NCBI GenBank assembly: GCA_001642005.1
Contig: LWCA01000146.1
Location: 1-47,513, forward strand
DNA from: Intoshia linei
Taxonomy: Eukaryota > Animalia > Orthonectida
Direction: 5' to 3'
DNA: 47,513 nt
Shown here: one piece after another, positions 12,001 to 39,905 of the stretch
Numbering within the stretch: the first letter of the stretch is position 1
Layout: each line of letters starts with the position of its first letter
The notes under the pieces: model-generated
What the model was told of the DNA's origin: nothing
The model's input: the letters and a program-made list of their open reading frames with translations, nothing else
Database searches by the model: none
Made by a program: the position numbers and the translations under genes

Positions 12001-14513
12001 GTAAGACAATTTTTCCATGAGGGCTTGAAATGGTATTTTTAATTAAATTTTATTAGTGGTGGAATTTTTGCAATAGTAAATTTTTAATATTATAAAATCA
12101 TATTTTCATAGTAATAACCTAAATCAAATACAGATATGTCTCAATTTTTTTCGGGAAATCCCGGGAAATCTTAAAAATCCTGGAATTTTTGTCCCGGTGT
12201 TTTTCTCGTCACAATCACTAAGTTAACACAAAAAATTTCAACCTGAGAAACTGACGCCTTCGCGGTCAAAACAGTATTTTAGTATTTTTTTTTTTTTATT
12301 TCGAAACTATTTTATTTACAACAAAAATAAAATAATTAACGGGTTACAATTAAAAAAACAAATTATTCTAATACAGCTTATTCCCGTTGATATAAATAAA
12401 AAATTTCAACCCCAAAAATCTACCATTCCCGTGAAAAATAATTTTTTATATATTATCAACCAATATTTTTGAAATGTTTGGATTAAAATTAAAAATAAAA
12501 ATAATCATCCTACAATTTCCAAAAAAAATGTGTATTGAACGTCTATACATTTTCAATAAAGAGATATGAATGAAAATGTCCTAAATTAATTCCTGCCGAT
12601 TTTTTTCATTGGTACGCAATTTTTCATTTTTAAAAAGTTTAAAATCATTTTGTACTAAATCTATAACAAAGTACTACAAAGCAAAACTTTGTTATTATCA
12701 TTTTTATATATTACAATGTTGGTAAAATTCACCCGAAATATGTTTTTAAAGTGATGATTTCGTTAATTATTGATAAAAAATATTTTTTACTCATCGAAAG
12801 CAGATACTAAATATATACCATAACATTCAAAAAATAAGTACCGGTAGTTACAATTTTATTTTTTCTAGAATTTAATCTATTTATCACAAATTTTAGGATT
12901 GTATTGTATTTGCTTTATTTTTAAAATTATACACTCATTCTCTCTAATAAATTACAAAAATGGGATCTCAAAACTGTTTTTAAAATTTTTTACACAAATA
13001 TTAACAAAATAAAATTAAAAGTTATGTGAAATGACCGGTTCCTAGGTGAAACAAGTTTTGAAACCATTCGTTTAAACAATTGATAATAGTGAATAGTAGT
13101 AGTTTTTGATAGAATTAAAAAAGTCTGACCTCGGCAGAGTTAGGTGCTGTTTGTACGTAGTACATAAAATTATATAGCAATTGAAAATGAAAAATTTAAA
13201 TTTCTTTCATTATCCACATTACAATAATCATTATAATGAATTCATTATTTTTGATAAATGCATAAATAATAATTTATACATGTAATAAATGTATTTTTTA
13301 GGTTAAAACATTACAAAGTTCAAAATTCATAAATCCACATTTTATTATCTTATAAAACTAAATTTTTAAATATTGATATATAAATCAAAACTAGACATAC
13401 AAATAGAAACAATTCAAAGACTTTTATGTGTAGACAGATATTGGAAATATATATTTATATATATACAATCTTTATATAATTTCAAAATTTAAACAACATA
13501 ATCAAAATATCATTTTGACAAATTTATCCGAGTTAAAAATCAACATTTTGATAATGTACTGTATTAATTGTGTTCAATACATGTCAATATACCATAGGAT
13601 AAACGACACAGTTTATTCAAAAATTTATTTCCTAATATAAACCATAAATAAAAAAATTTATAACCCTAAATTATATAATTTACAAACGAATCTAAAAATC
13701 TCAAGAAACAAAAATAAATTATTGCATCGTATCAGAAATAGAATTATCCATCATTTTATAAAATTAGATACATTTTCTTAAGTATACACAACATTTCATG
13801 TCATATTTAAAATATGATAAATATCATGTAAGTCACAGCATTTGCTGGAAATACCACACTAAACATGTGCTACCGAAATCTATTTATATCAATAGTTTAA
13901 TTTACAATAGAAACTGATAGTGACATTAATGGGTTAAAAAGTTGAAATTATAGTTGAAAAGTAAATTAATTTCTTCCACAGGAATAAATGTTATGCACAA
14001 ATTTTTATACAAATTTTTCAGGTACTATAAAAATTGCTACACTTAATTCATCACTAAAAATATTCACTTTTATATCCATATAATGTAAAATAATATTAAA
14101 GAAATGCAATTAAAAATAAAATCTAAATTTTTTAATGGACTTTGGGCTCATATGGATCGCGTTGAAAATATCTGATTTAAATCATGATTCAAAGTGTCCA
14201 GTGCACACTGATGGCTACATTTGTGACATAATGTATAATAATTATAATTAGGAAATATAAAAATAAAGAAACCTTGTGGAAATTTAAAAGACGTTTGATT
14301 AATATAAGATTCAAATGTATCTGATTTTCTACCAGTCGGTAAAATATTATTTCCATTAGATTGTAATTCAAACTGTTGTGAAACGAGCTGTTTCATTTCA
14401 TTACAAAATTGTTGATTACTAAGAAAAGAAGAAACCCTTTGACGGGACAACATCTCTTTAACGTCCAAAATTACATTTGCTGGTTTCTTTGACTTGGTTA
14501 TATTTTGCACCAT
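6077..14513 (-). CDS. ADD: Adducin (hu-li tai shao/ADD family), 680 aa, 9 coding exons
   Basis: Exons 14513..14273, 9269..9127, 8965..8879, 8106..7366, 7330..7194, 7074..6614, 6552..6511, 6432..6344, 6178..6077 (2043 nt, in frame). Motifs: DVKEMLSRQRV, RAKLASVYRLLYLYGW, aldolase-II-like RPDIKCVIH, EFESLMKRLDDLGYRTGYPY, WMASPNAY, and the MARCKS-like tail KKKRFRTPSFMKRK. The two small tail exons are less certain. Confidence 0.92.
8370..8610. mobile_element. hAT-type MITE remnant (GGCTATATGACACTA family) in an adducin intron
   Basis: TTCCAAATTGA..AAAAAATTATATTC..ATATCATAA..GGCTATATGACACTA shared with 1908-2189. Ends are approximate. Confidence 0.55.
9880..10025 (+). mobile_element. Degenerate Helitron-like 5'-internal fragment
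   Basis: TACAGTTTTTC...AAATTGAATCCTTCAGTTTCAAAAAACAAATTTTCCTTTTTTTAA resembles 11015-11125. Confidence 0.45.
10051..10774 (-). pseudogene. PABPC: Cytoplasmic poly(A)-binding protein (PABPC) pseudogene/fragment, RRM1-RRM3 only
   Basis: Motifs [68 protein letters not shown]. Apparent ~19-codon deletion in RRM1. Frameshifts at ~10351 and ~10257. Homology stops at ~10075 with no RRM4 or MLLE. Intronless and nested in adducin intron 1 on the same strand. Confidence 0.88.
10774..10858 (-). repeat. (GAAAAAA)9 heptamer tract plus degenerate units abutting the PABP ATG
   Basis: Plus-strand C every 7 nt from 10780 to 10836. The last A of the tract on the minus strand is the A of ATG. Confidence 0.9.
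10965..13168 (+). mobile_element. Longest Helitron-like copy (lacks extreme termini), interrupted by a hAT element
   Basis: Collinear with 21710-22446 and with the reverse complements of 20174-21245 and 38470-39700. Ends ..CCTCGGCAGAGTTAGGTGCTGTTTGTACGTAGTACATAA. Confidence 0.75.
11359..12220 (-). mobile_element. Internally deleted hAT transposon with hATC dimerisation-domain remnant
   Basis: Perfect 8-bp TSD agttaaca (11351-11358 / 12221-12228). TIR TAGTGATTGTGA. Minus strand ~11790..11600 reads LKEALMTVKLTSTQNERNFSTASNFLTKRKPRLKE*SINIMCVLKNFF. Confidence 0.9.
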
Positions 14514-15429
14514 TACAGATCGATCTATGTTAATGACAATATACCTAAATATGGTAGATAAACAAAATATTGCTTTATATTTTGTATGCTTGAATAATTT
14601 CAACTTGGGTAACAAGGTTATTATCCAAAAAAATCAATAAACCAGTTAGAGGTATAAACAAATTTATAAGAGTGAAAAATATAAAGCAAATTAAAAAAGC
14701 TTAATATATCCGACATCAATTGAAAATTTAGCTACATTATCATGACAATATTGGATTGAAGCACATGTATTACTCTACATTTGTCAATCGAATAAAAAGT
14801 TTATAATAATTAAAAACAAGTCTAGTGTCCCAATCCAATATGCCTTGAGTAAACCTTTCAATTTAGTTTGACTTGTAGTTTCTATTCCAGAATTCTTAGT
14901 TACTGACATAAATCACTAAACATTTCTATAAAAATAGATTAAAATTTAGTACAATATCTGACTAATTTGTATTGAATTATTTTATAAATGCAAAATTTAA
15001 AAAAATATTACATTAAGCAGTTCAGTAAATCAATACATTTATAATTATTTATAAATTATAATACAAATTTTATTGTATACACAATTTATTTTGAATCAAA
15101 CTGGTATCATTATATAGTTTATTACTTTATTTCATGGAATTTTATTGACCATAAACCGCATTTATTATTAAAAGATTAAATTATAATTGATAGTTATTTT
15201 TATTTTAATTGTAAAAATTACTAAGCTTTGTTTATCAAATTTTTAATTTCGCGTTAAATTTGTTAATCGAACGATAGATGCATTCAGTTATGAATCATTT
15301 TATCGAATTATAATTATCTACGAATGTATTGTCAATTCTGAATTTAGTTTATTTTCATCCTTTGTTATTTCAATTAACTTACTTTTACATTAATTCTTGT
15401 ACAAAATTTCAATTATAAATTGTATAATA

Positions 15430-15890
15430 GTGATGCACCTAGATTTCGAGGCCACCGAAAATGAAAAATAGGCCCGTAAATAAATGAACACGTGATGCGT
15501 AGTGTCATATACACCTAACCACTTCTTAAGACTCAATTTAGTACAGAAAATAGTTATGATATTCAAGAATATTATATCATTTATTATAAATAATATAATA
15601 TAAAAATTTAATTATTTATTATTTTTTTATTATTTATTTAATTTTTTTTTATTATTTTTTTTTTATATTTTTATCATAAATTTTGTTCAAAATGAACAAA
15701 ATCAAAATAGACCCAAAAATTCGCAAACGACGTGTAATGCCATATATACCTTTATGTAGATACGGACGTGGTATTTTAAAATTGACAAATAAAATAGTTA
15801 TAATATTCAAAAATATATAATTCTCTCAAATGCTCAATTTCAAAAAATGAAATCCGAATTTCACAAAAATAGAAACACGAAGAAAGGTCA
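15430..15890. mobile_element. Two degenerate copies of the GGCTATATGACACTA MITE family (reverse orientation)
   Basis: GTAGTGTCATATAC and TAGTTATGATATTCAAGAATAT at 15500-15575, and a similar GTAATGCCATATA..TAGTTATAATATTCAAAAATAT..GCTCAATTT at 15735-15840. Confidence 0.5.
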
Positions 15891-15987
15891 CATACCCGAT
15901 AGATTCATTACTACATTCATAGATATATTACTACAGTTGCGATATGAATTAAACTAATTACTCTTACTAATATACATTATTTACCAA

Positions 15988-16520
15988 CTAGCTTGACTGT
16001 TATGTACTACGTACAAACAGCATCAAGGTCTGCCGAGGGGACATTTTTATTCTACCAAAAATAAATTTAATAAGAAAATAATAAGAAATAAGAAAATCTA
16101 ACATAAAAATGATACTATTCAGTATTATTACTCTTTTAAAGGAGTGAGTCCCAAACTAATTTCACGAGGACCCATTCCCATTACCTTTTAATTTAAAGTG
16201 AATTATTCCACCTTAATTTTATTTTGTTAACATTTGAATAAAAAATTTTAGAAAAAATTAAAAAGAATTAATATATTCAGTATCTGCTTTCGATGAGTAA
16301 AAAATATCAATTTTGTATCAATAATTAATGGAATCAGTACTTTAGAAAGATATTTCGGATGAATTTTACCAACATTGCAAAAAATGGTAATTGAAAATAA
16401 ATTTTGTACAAAGTGAATTTAAATTTTTTGAAAAATTGCGCAGCAATGAAACAAAATCTGAAGGAATGAATTATATAGATTTCCACCCATATTTCTTTAA
16501 TGGAAATGTGTAGACGTTAT
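15988..16520 (-). mobile_element. Helitron-like element, 3' part
   Basis: A|CTAGCTTGACTGTTATGTACTACGTACAAACAGC is the reverse complement of hairpin + CTAG|T. Internal matches to 12540-13080. Confidence 0.78.
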
Positions 16521-16936
16521 TCAATTGATATAAACATTAATAATTGCACTTCATAAGTTTTTCATTTCATGGGATTTTCGTCTCATCAGAATCAATCATA
16601 TTAATGATTAATTAATAATATTGTAAATAATATAATTAAAAATTTTATATTAACTACAAAAATATTTGAGTTTTTTTGAAAAGAATGTTACCTTTAAACC
16701 ATTTTTTTTATTTTTCATTTTATTTTATACTATTTTTAAAATTTATTCAAAAATTGCTCAAAAAACCCGTTAAAATCAGATACAAAAAATTTCTCTTGAA
16801 ATCTGGTTAAAAAATTACTCAAAAAACCCTGTTAGAATTTGGTCAAAATAATTACTCAAAAAAAGACCAGTTTTTCAGTTTTTCATGATTTATTTTTTTA
16901 TGAAAAATAAAATTATGTTATATAAAAATATATCTA

Positions 16937-18249
16937 CAGTGAGGCCTCTCAATACGCGATTCACCAACTATTTTGCGCGATGAGATCATATACCTTGAAA
17001 TAAAAGAGGATAACCACCCCGCTGAAGCTTTAAATTCAAGCTTATTAAAGCGTTTTGATATTTCCAATGCTTTTTCTTTTAATATTTCATCATTCACGGA
17101 AATATTACGGTTTCTTGGATTTTGAAACCATTCGTAAAGAATTGAGTCAATTTCAACTGTTTTTCGAAGAACCGGATTTCTAATTTGTAGGGGATTTACA
17201 GTTTCACACAAAATTGATTCTTGATTGGATAAGAGTTTATTAACTAGACCTAATAATATATATTTGTTAAAATATTTTAGTACCTAGAAATATATTGTGT
17301 TTAGAAGCAAGAAACCGCTGAGTAGAACATTTATCTTCATTAAATAATTTAATTAGTTTCTTTTTGTCATTAATTGTTAGATCATTTCTTTTTCTTCTTT
17401 TATTTGTGTTCATAATAAAAAAATAAAAAAATGTAAATATCACGGTAAACGAACAATAAAAAATGTGTCTTGTAAATTAACTTCATTTTTTGTTAAATCA
17501 TTTAAATTAATGCAATGTAGTTTTAAGTTTAAATTTGATAATATTTAGATTTTAATGAATAGTTTTAAATATTAAGTATATAAAAATATGTTCATTGTTC
17601 AAAAAGGACAATGTTCATATCAAAAAATATTTTTTCATATGAACCTCAAACGTTTTTAACAAATTAAAATTGTCGTGTTCACATTGAGCTAAGTTCATAT
17701 TCTAGGGTGTTCATACAGAAAAGAATTGACTGTACAGTAAAATATCGAAAAAAGCAAAATTCAACTAACCAAAACAATATAATACAATTATATAATACAA
17801 CAATGTAGAATAAAATTAATATAATAATATATAATTATTATCTTAAAAATACAAACAACTAAGAATTGTTTTCATTTTTTATTTATTTGTAGAAATCGAA
17901 TTATTTTAAATTTTTCTGTGAAATTTAATCTTGATCTCTTTTTGTTCGTCATATTCTATACAAAATTGTTATGCTTTAAAAAAGTTAACTATATTACAAA
18001 TCGTATGTAAACTTTGAATTAGTTGTTTTAAATAAGAATAGAATAAATTATGAAGTAAAATTAACGATAAAGTAAAATATAGAATTAACTAAATTATAGT
18101 ACCCTAGTGCTACCATATTTTTGTATAAAATTTGAATTGAAAATTTAAGTTAAATTTGTGGCGGTATTGAGAATTTTCCTTATAAGTTTGCTACAAAATT
18201 GATAAATAGTGGCGGTATTGAGAGTTGGCGATATTAAGAGGCCTCACTG
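16937..18249. mobile_element. pogo/Tigger-type composite element
   Basis: TA|CAGTGAGGCCTCTCAATA ... TATTAAGAGGCCTCACTG|TA. Subterminal GTGGCGGTATTGAGA repeats at ~18158 and ~18209. Contains a second, different TIR ending at 17732. Confidence 0.8.
16960..17413 (-). pseudogene. Truncated pogo/Tigger (CENP-B-like) transposase, DNA-binding region only
   Basis: ATG at 17413: MNTNKRRKRNDLTINDKKKLI...QRFLASKH. After a frame break: EIDSILYEWF...EILKEKALEI...FKASAGWLSSFISRY...KIVGES. No DDE domain. Confidence 0.85.
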
Positions 18250-18743
18250 TAATTATTCTAAATTTGATCAAATGAAAAAAAAACATTTGACTGTGAATAA
18301 AAAAATTTATCGTGATACATGTTCTATAGTCTCACGTAATAATAAAGAATTTTAATAATGTTTCAAACTTACTATAATGGGATTTACGATAACGACACAA
18401 AATTTGTGTGCGTTATGGTAAGACTTGACTGTACTTTGAATTGATTATACAAGCTTTCGAAATTGAAAAACAAATAAGAAATGGCATAAAGACTCGATAC
18501 GAATCAACCTAAACATAATTTATATTCTCAAAAGCATATCAACACTTAAAATGTAACCTAAAATATTTTTATAGATCATATTGTTAAAATGTTTACGTTA
18601 CTAAACTACTATAGAGACTATATTTAACTAGTAAAAAGTGGGAATAGTCATTATTTAAAAAATTAAATTCATTAATTTGAAATCAAAGAAAAAAGATGAA
18701 AAAATGATTTTTTATTTTGATTTTATAAATTAAATTGAGCCTC

Positions 18744-30946
<12,203 letters not shown>

Positions 30947-31218
30947 TATTACTTGTAAAATTTTTATTTATACACCTTGTTGAAAATAAATTGTTTTCAA
31001 AAATTGTAGTTTTATAAATTGACAATACATGCACAAACCAATTCATAAAGATATATTGCCCCAGAAAAATATAAATCCATACTATACAATTGAAGTCAAT
31101 TGTAAATTTCCGTTCAATTGAGATTGGTTTAATTAATCTCATTTACCAAACATTGTAACAAGTTTAAACTGGGTCAACTTTAGATTTTTAAAAAATACAA
31201 TATATTTACGACAAGATA

Positions 31219-32094
31219 ATGTGTAATGAAAGAATAACAGTGGCTGAGTGTATGTATTGGGACATTGGAAGATCCCGAAATGTGGAAAGGTACAATGGAA
31301 ACCATAATAAAATCAATTTTCGTAAAAATGAACAAAAACAAATGAGAAACCACTGTAAAAGAATTAAAAATGGTCGAATTGTAAATCAAGAAAAAAAGTA
31401 TGGCAAAGACATGAAATTAAGAGAAATGACATTAATTCCTCAAAAAAATGACAAGATTGCAATTACACTAGAAGGAGCTTATTTAAATCATCCAATTAAA
31501 CAGAACGTTCGCAATCAACGGCCCAATTCGAATTACTGTAATCGTGCACCTAAAAGAAATTCAATGAACAATTGGTGCGAAAACTGCGATTGTAATAAAT
31601 GCGTAAAATGTAATGGAAATGAATGTTTGGTTGATCGGAACTCTCCCATATCACAACATTCTCAAAATTTTAATTGTGTACGGAAATCGAAAAATGCACG
31701 CCCAAAAACATCACCTGCATATGTACGATCGAACGCAAAATACCAACCTGACTATTGCACAAGTGTTGAAAAAAGAATACGCGAACCAAAATTGTTTGAT
31801 GGAACAGAATTGAGATGTCAAATGACTAAATCTTCTTTATTAAGATTCATGTACAATAACCCCAATCTAACTGATTCAGCTTTTCAAATGTGGCAAATAA
31901 CTGGAAAAAACAATGCCTATCTAAAACGTTCAATAGACCAAGACGTTATTCATCATAATATGAATTTACTAAATCACCAGATGCCTCATGATTGTCAAAA
32001 AGAACATGGAATGGCATATAAAACAAAAAAAGAAAATTATCGACTAACCGTCGATTCTAGTAAACCAATTAACATAAAATTCTTTTTATCGTAA
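31219..32094 (+). CDS. Hypothetical single-exon protein, 291 aa, basic, N/K/R/C-rich
   Basis: An 876-nt ATG-initiated ORF is unlikely by chance in such AT-rich DNA. It is GC-richer than its flanks, and AATAAA follows at 32141-32146. No domain recognised. Confidence 0.7.
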   Translation: MCNERITVAECMYWDIGRSRNVERYNGNHNKINFRKNEQKQMRNHCKRIKNGRIVNQEKKYGKDMKLREMTLIPQKNDKIAITLEGAYLNHPIKQNVRNQRPNSNYCNRAPKRNSMNNWCENCDCNKCVKCNGNECLVDRNSPISQHSQNFNCVRKSKNARPKTSPAYVRSNAKYQPDYCTSVEKRIREPKLFDGTELRCQMTKSSLLRFMYNNPNLTDSAFQMWQITGKNNAYLKRSIDQDVIHHNMNLLNHQMPHDCQKEHGMAYKTKKENYRLTVDSSKPINIKFFLS

Positions 32095-32160
32095 TATAAT
32101 TTACAATAATTATAAACTTTTTTCAAATGCAAATGTAGACAATAAATATATTACAAATGA

Positions 32161-36631
<4,471 letters not shown>

Positions 36632-36775
36632 TTTTTAAAAATAAATAAAATTAAATTGATATTGTTTATATGTTGGCAATCTAAAATTTTTGCTGTCAAT
36701 TTTATTTTTATTCATTCACCAATTGTGATTCACAATGAGAATTGTAAATTTCAATTGGATTAGATTTATTACATA

Positions 36776-37120
36776 CTAGGTTGACTGTTATGTACTTTGT
36801 ACAAACAGCACCTAGCACTGCTGAGGGCGCACTTTTTAATTGTATCAAACAAATTAATTCACAATAATATTGTCAATAATAAAATGCTACTATTCACTAT
36901 GATTAATGCTTTAAATAAATGATTACCAAACTTGTTTCACCACGAACCGGTCATTTCACATTATCTTTTAATTCATTTTAATCGAACTTAATTTTATTAT
37001 GTTAAAATTTGTGTAAACAATTTAAAACCAATTTTGTGATCCCATTTTTTTAATTTATAAGAGAGTATAATCTTAAAAAAGTCAAAACAGTACAATCCTA
37101 AAAATTGTCATAAATACAGC
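36776..37120 (-). mobile_element. Helitron-like 3' part, 145 bp upstream of the WDR33 ATG
   Basis: A|CTAGGTTGACTGTTATGTACTTTGTACAAACAGCACCTAGC terminus. Confidence 0.78.
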
Positions 37121-37636
37121 TAAAATATATATTTTAACATGTAAATTAACATTTGTTACTAAAATAAGTAAAATATAATTTTATTGTGTATCATGGTAAC
37201 ACTACTTTGTTTCTTAAAACGTAACGTTTGAAAAATTTAGGTTGAAACCTTTTAATTCAATTATCTATATTTGAATATAATTTAAATTAATTTGTATTAA
37301 TCTTTCAAGTGACGGAAATATTACTGATCATTAAAAGTTCAACTAGGATACATCGTGTTTAAGTAAATTTATGTTTATACCCTACTTATATATATAAAAT
37401 AGAATATATGTATGTGTATCTGTGTTCCCATTTATAATAAATTTATTTCACAATGATATATGCTAGGTGCGGTTTTTACAGCGGTCAAATAAGACATTGA
37501 ATTTGAAAATTTGAATTGACAGTCAAAAATTTAGATAAAAACTAATACGCAGATTTTTTTTAAAAAAAAACATAACTAATTTAGTTTTTTTCGGTGAATA
37601 TAGAGAAGAAATTTCAACATCAGACATCGTCATAAC

Positions 37637-38318
37637 TAGTGATTGTGATTTCTCGGGAAATGACAAAAGTCGAGAACTGAGAAATTAAAAATTTTTTATT
37701 CATATATAATATAGAAACATTAAAAATTTTAGAAACAAAAAGAAATTTAAACAAAATGAAATAACATTAATCTAGATTGAAATTCACAAATTTAATTAGA
37801 AAAAAATTTATTTATTTTAAATTTTTGAAAAAGTGTTTTAAAACGCACATAATATTGATAGATTCGTCTTTTAAACGCGTTCTACGTTTTGTAACGAAAT
37901 GAGACCCATTAGAGAAATTTCTTTCATTTTGTGTTGACGTAGGTTGAACGGTCTTCCGTAAATAAGGACTTCCTTTAATTTTAACAATCTTGAGGATAGC
38001 GTTTCAGTTTGTAACAAATCATAATATTTTTTAAAATAATATTGGAAAAAGAGGATAATTCCCTTAAGCGTTAATAATTTGTAATTGGAATAATAGGTTT
38101 TTAAAAAAAAAAGTATTGGAAAAAGGATATTTTTGCATTAAGGGCTGGAAAATTAGATTTTTTATTAGTGGTGGGATTTTTGAAATGGTAAATTTTAAAT
38201 ATTATAATATAATCATATTTTCATAGTAGTAACAAACAAATCAAATACTGATATGTCTCGCTTTTTGTCGGGAAATCCCGGGAATTTTGTCCCGGTTTTT
38301 TCCCTGGCACAATCACTA
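37637..38318 (-). mobile_element. Second copy of the deleted hAT element (hATC remnant)
   Basis: Perfect TSD gtcataac (37629-37636 / 38319-38326). TIR TAGTGATTGTG. Minus strand reads TVQPTSTQNERNFSNGSHFVTKRRTRLKDESINIMCVLKHFF. Confidence 0.9.
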
Positions 38319-38469
38319 GTCATAACGGTGTTTTAAATAAGTTGTAATAAAAAATACGTACTATACATTTAATTTATTTGATGTTCAATTTAAATTTTAA
38401 AGCCAAACTTATTGATATACGTATTTATATATATAAAATTTTCGGCTTAGTCAATGGATCAATGGATTT

Positions 38470-39700
38470 GTCATATATTACCTTTTAATGTAAAGTGAAT
38501 TATTCCATCTTAATTTTGTTGTGTTGATATTCGCGTAAAGAGTTTTAAAAACAATTTTTATCTCATGTTTTTAATGTCATTAGACAGAATGTGTGTATAA
38601 TCTTAAAAAATAAACTAAAAATAGTACAATCCTAAAAATTGTCATAAATAGCATAAATTACAGAAAAAATAAAATTGTAAAAACCTATTTAGTCATTTTC
38701 AATATGATGATATATATTCAGTATTTTCTTTCGATGAGTAAAAAATATAAATTTTGTATCAATAATTAACTGAATCAGCACTTTAAAAAAATTTCAGGTG
38801 AATTTTACTAACATTGTAATAAATATAAAAATGATAATAATAAAGTTACACTTTGTAGTACTTTGTTGTATTAGTTTTAGATTAAAATTTAATACAAAAT
38901 GATTTTGAACTTTTTTAAAATTAGTACATTTATATTTGAAAATGAAAAATTGCGTAGCAATGAAAAAAATCCGAAGGAATCAATTTATGAAACTTCCACC
39001 CATATCTATTAATTGGAAATCCGGAGACATTTAATACACATTTTTTTTGAAATTGTAGGATAAATATTTACTTTTTCATTTTCAAAACATTTAAAAAATA
39101 TTGGTTGATAATATATTAAAATTCATTTTTCATCGGGAGTGCGTAGATTTTTGAGGTTGAAATTTTGTATTTATATTGACTGGAATAAGTATTATCAGAT
39201 TAAACATTTTTTTAATTATGGGACAGTTAATTATTTCCAATTTTTTGTTTAACATTACAATATTGAATGTTTGTAATAAAATATTTTGGAAATAAAAAAA
39301 TAAAGACTAAAGTCACTTTGATTAAAAATTTTTCTATGTGTTAATTGGATATAATCGTATGATCTGTAATTTTTTTTAAATTCTAGGGCTGTTTTTATTT
39401 TTTTAAAAAAGTGTAATCTGTTGTTTTGATAGCGAAAATAAACCTTTTTGAGTTACCTTTATGAAAATTACCTTATGATTTTAAAAACAATCCCAGAATT
39501 TATGTTCTAGGATTTTTTTTAAATTCTAGAACTTTTGTTCATCTATTCAAAAAAGGGTAATTGGTGGTTTTAACTCTAAAGATATATTTTTTTAGATTTT
39601 AATTTATAATTTTAAAATCTGTATCAGAGTGTATATTTTTTTAAATTCTAAAACTCGTTTGATTTTCAAAAAAAAGGACAATTGTGGTTTTTGAATTGTA
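38470..39700 (-). mobile_element. Helitron-like element, ~1.2-kb internal portion
   Basis: Collinear with 20310-21240 and with the reverse complement of 11075-13030 once the hAT insert is removed. Confidence 0.75.
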
Positions 39701-39905
39701 TTATTTTTAAGTTTGTATACACAATGTGTATTACGTGTGTAATGTGTCATTGTCTATAATGAATTTAACAAAACGAATGAAAATAAATAAAAAATTAAAA
39801 TCGGTAGAGTTATCTGATATATTTACGAATTACATAATTAAACTACTAAACTACATGTAGTAGTGTAATGATAAAAAATAATGGAATTTTTAGTCGTAAT
39901 GTTAT

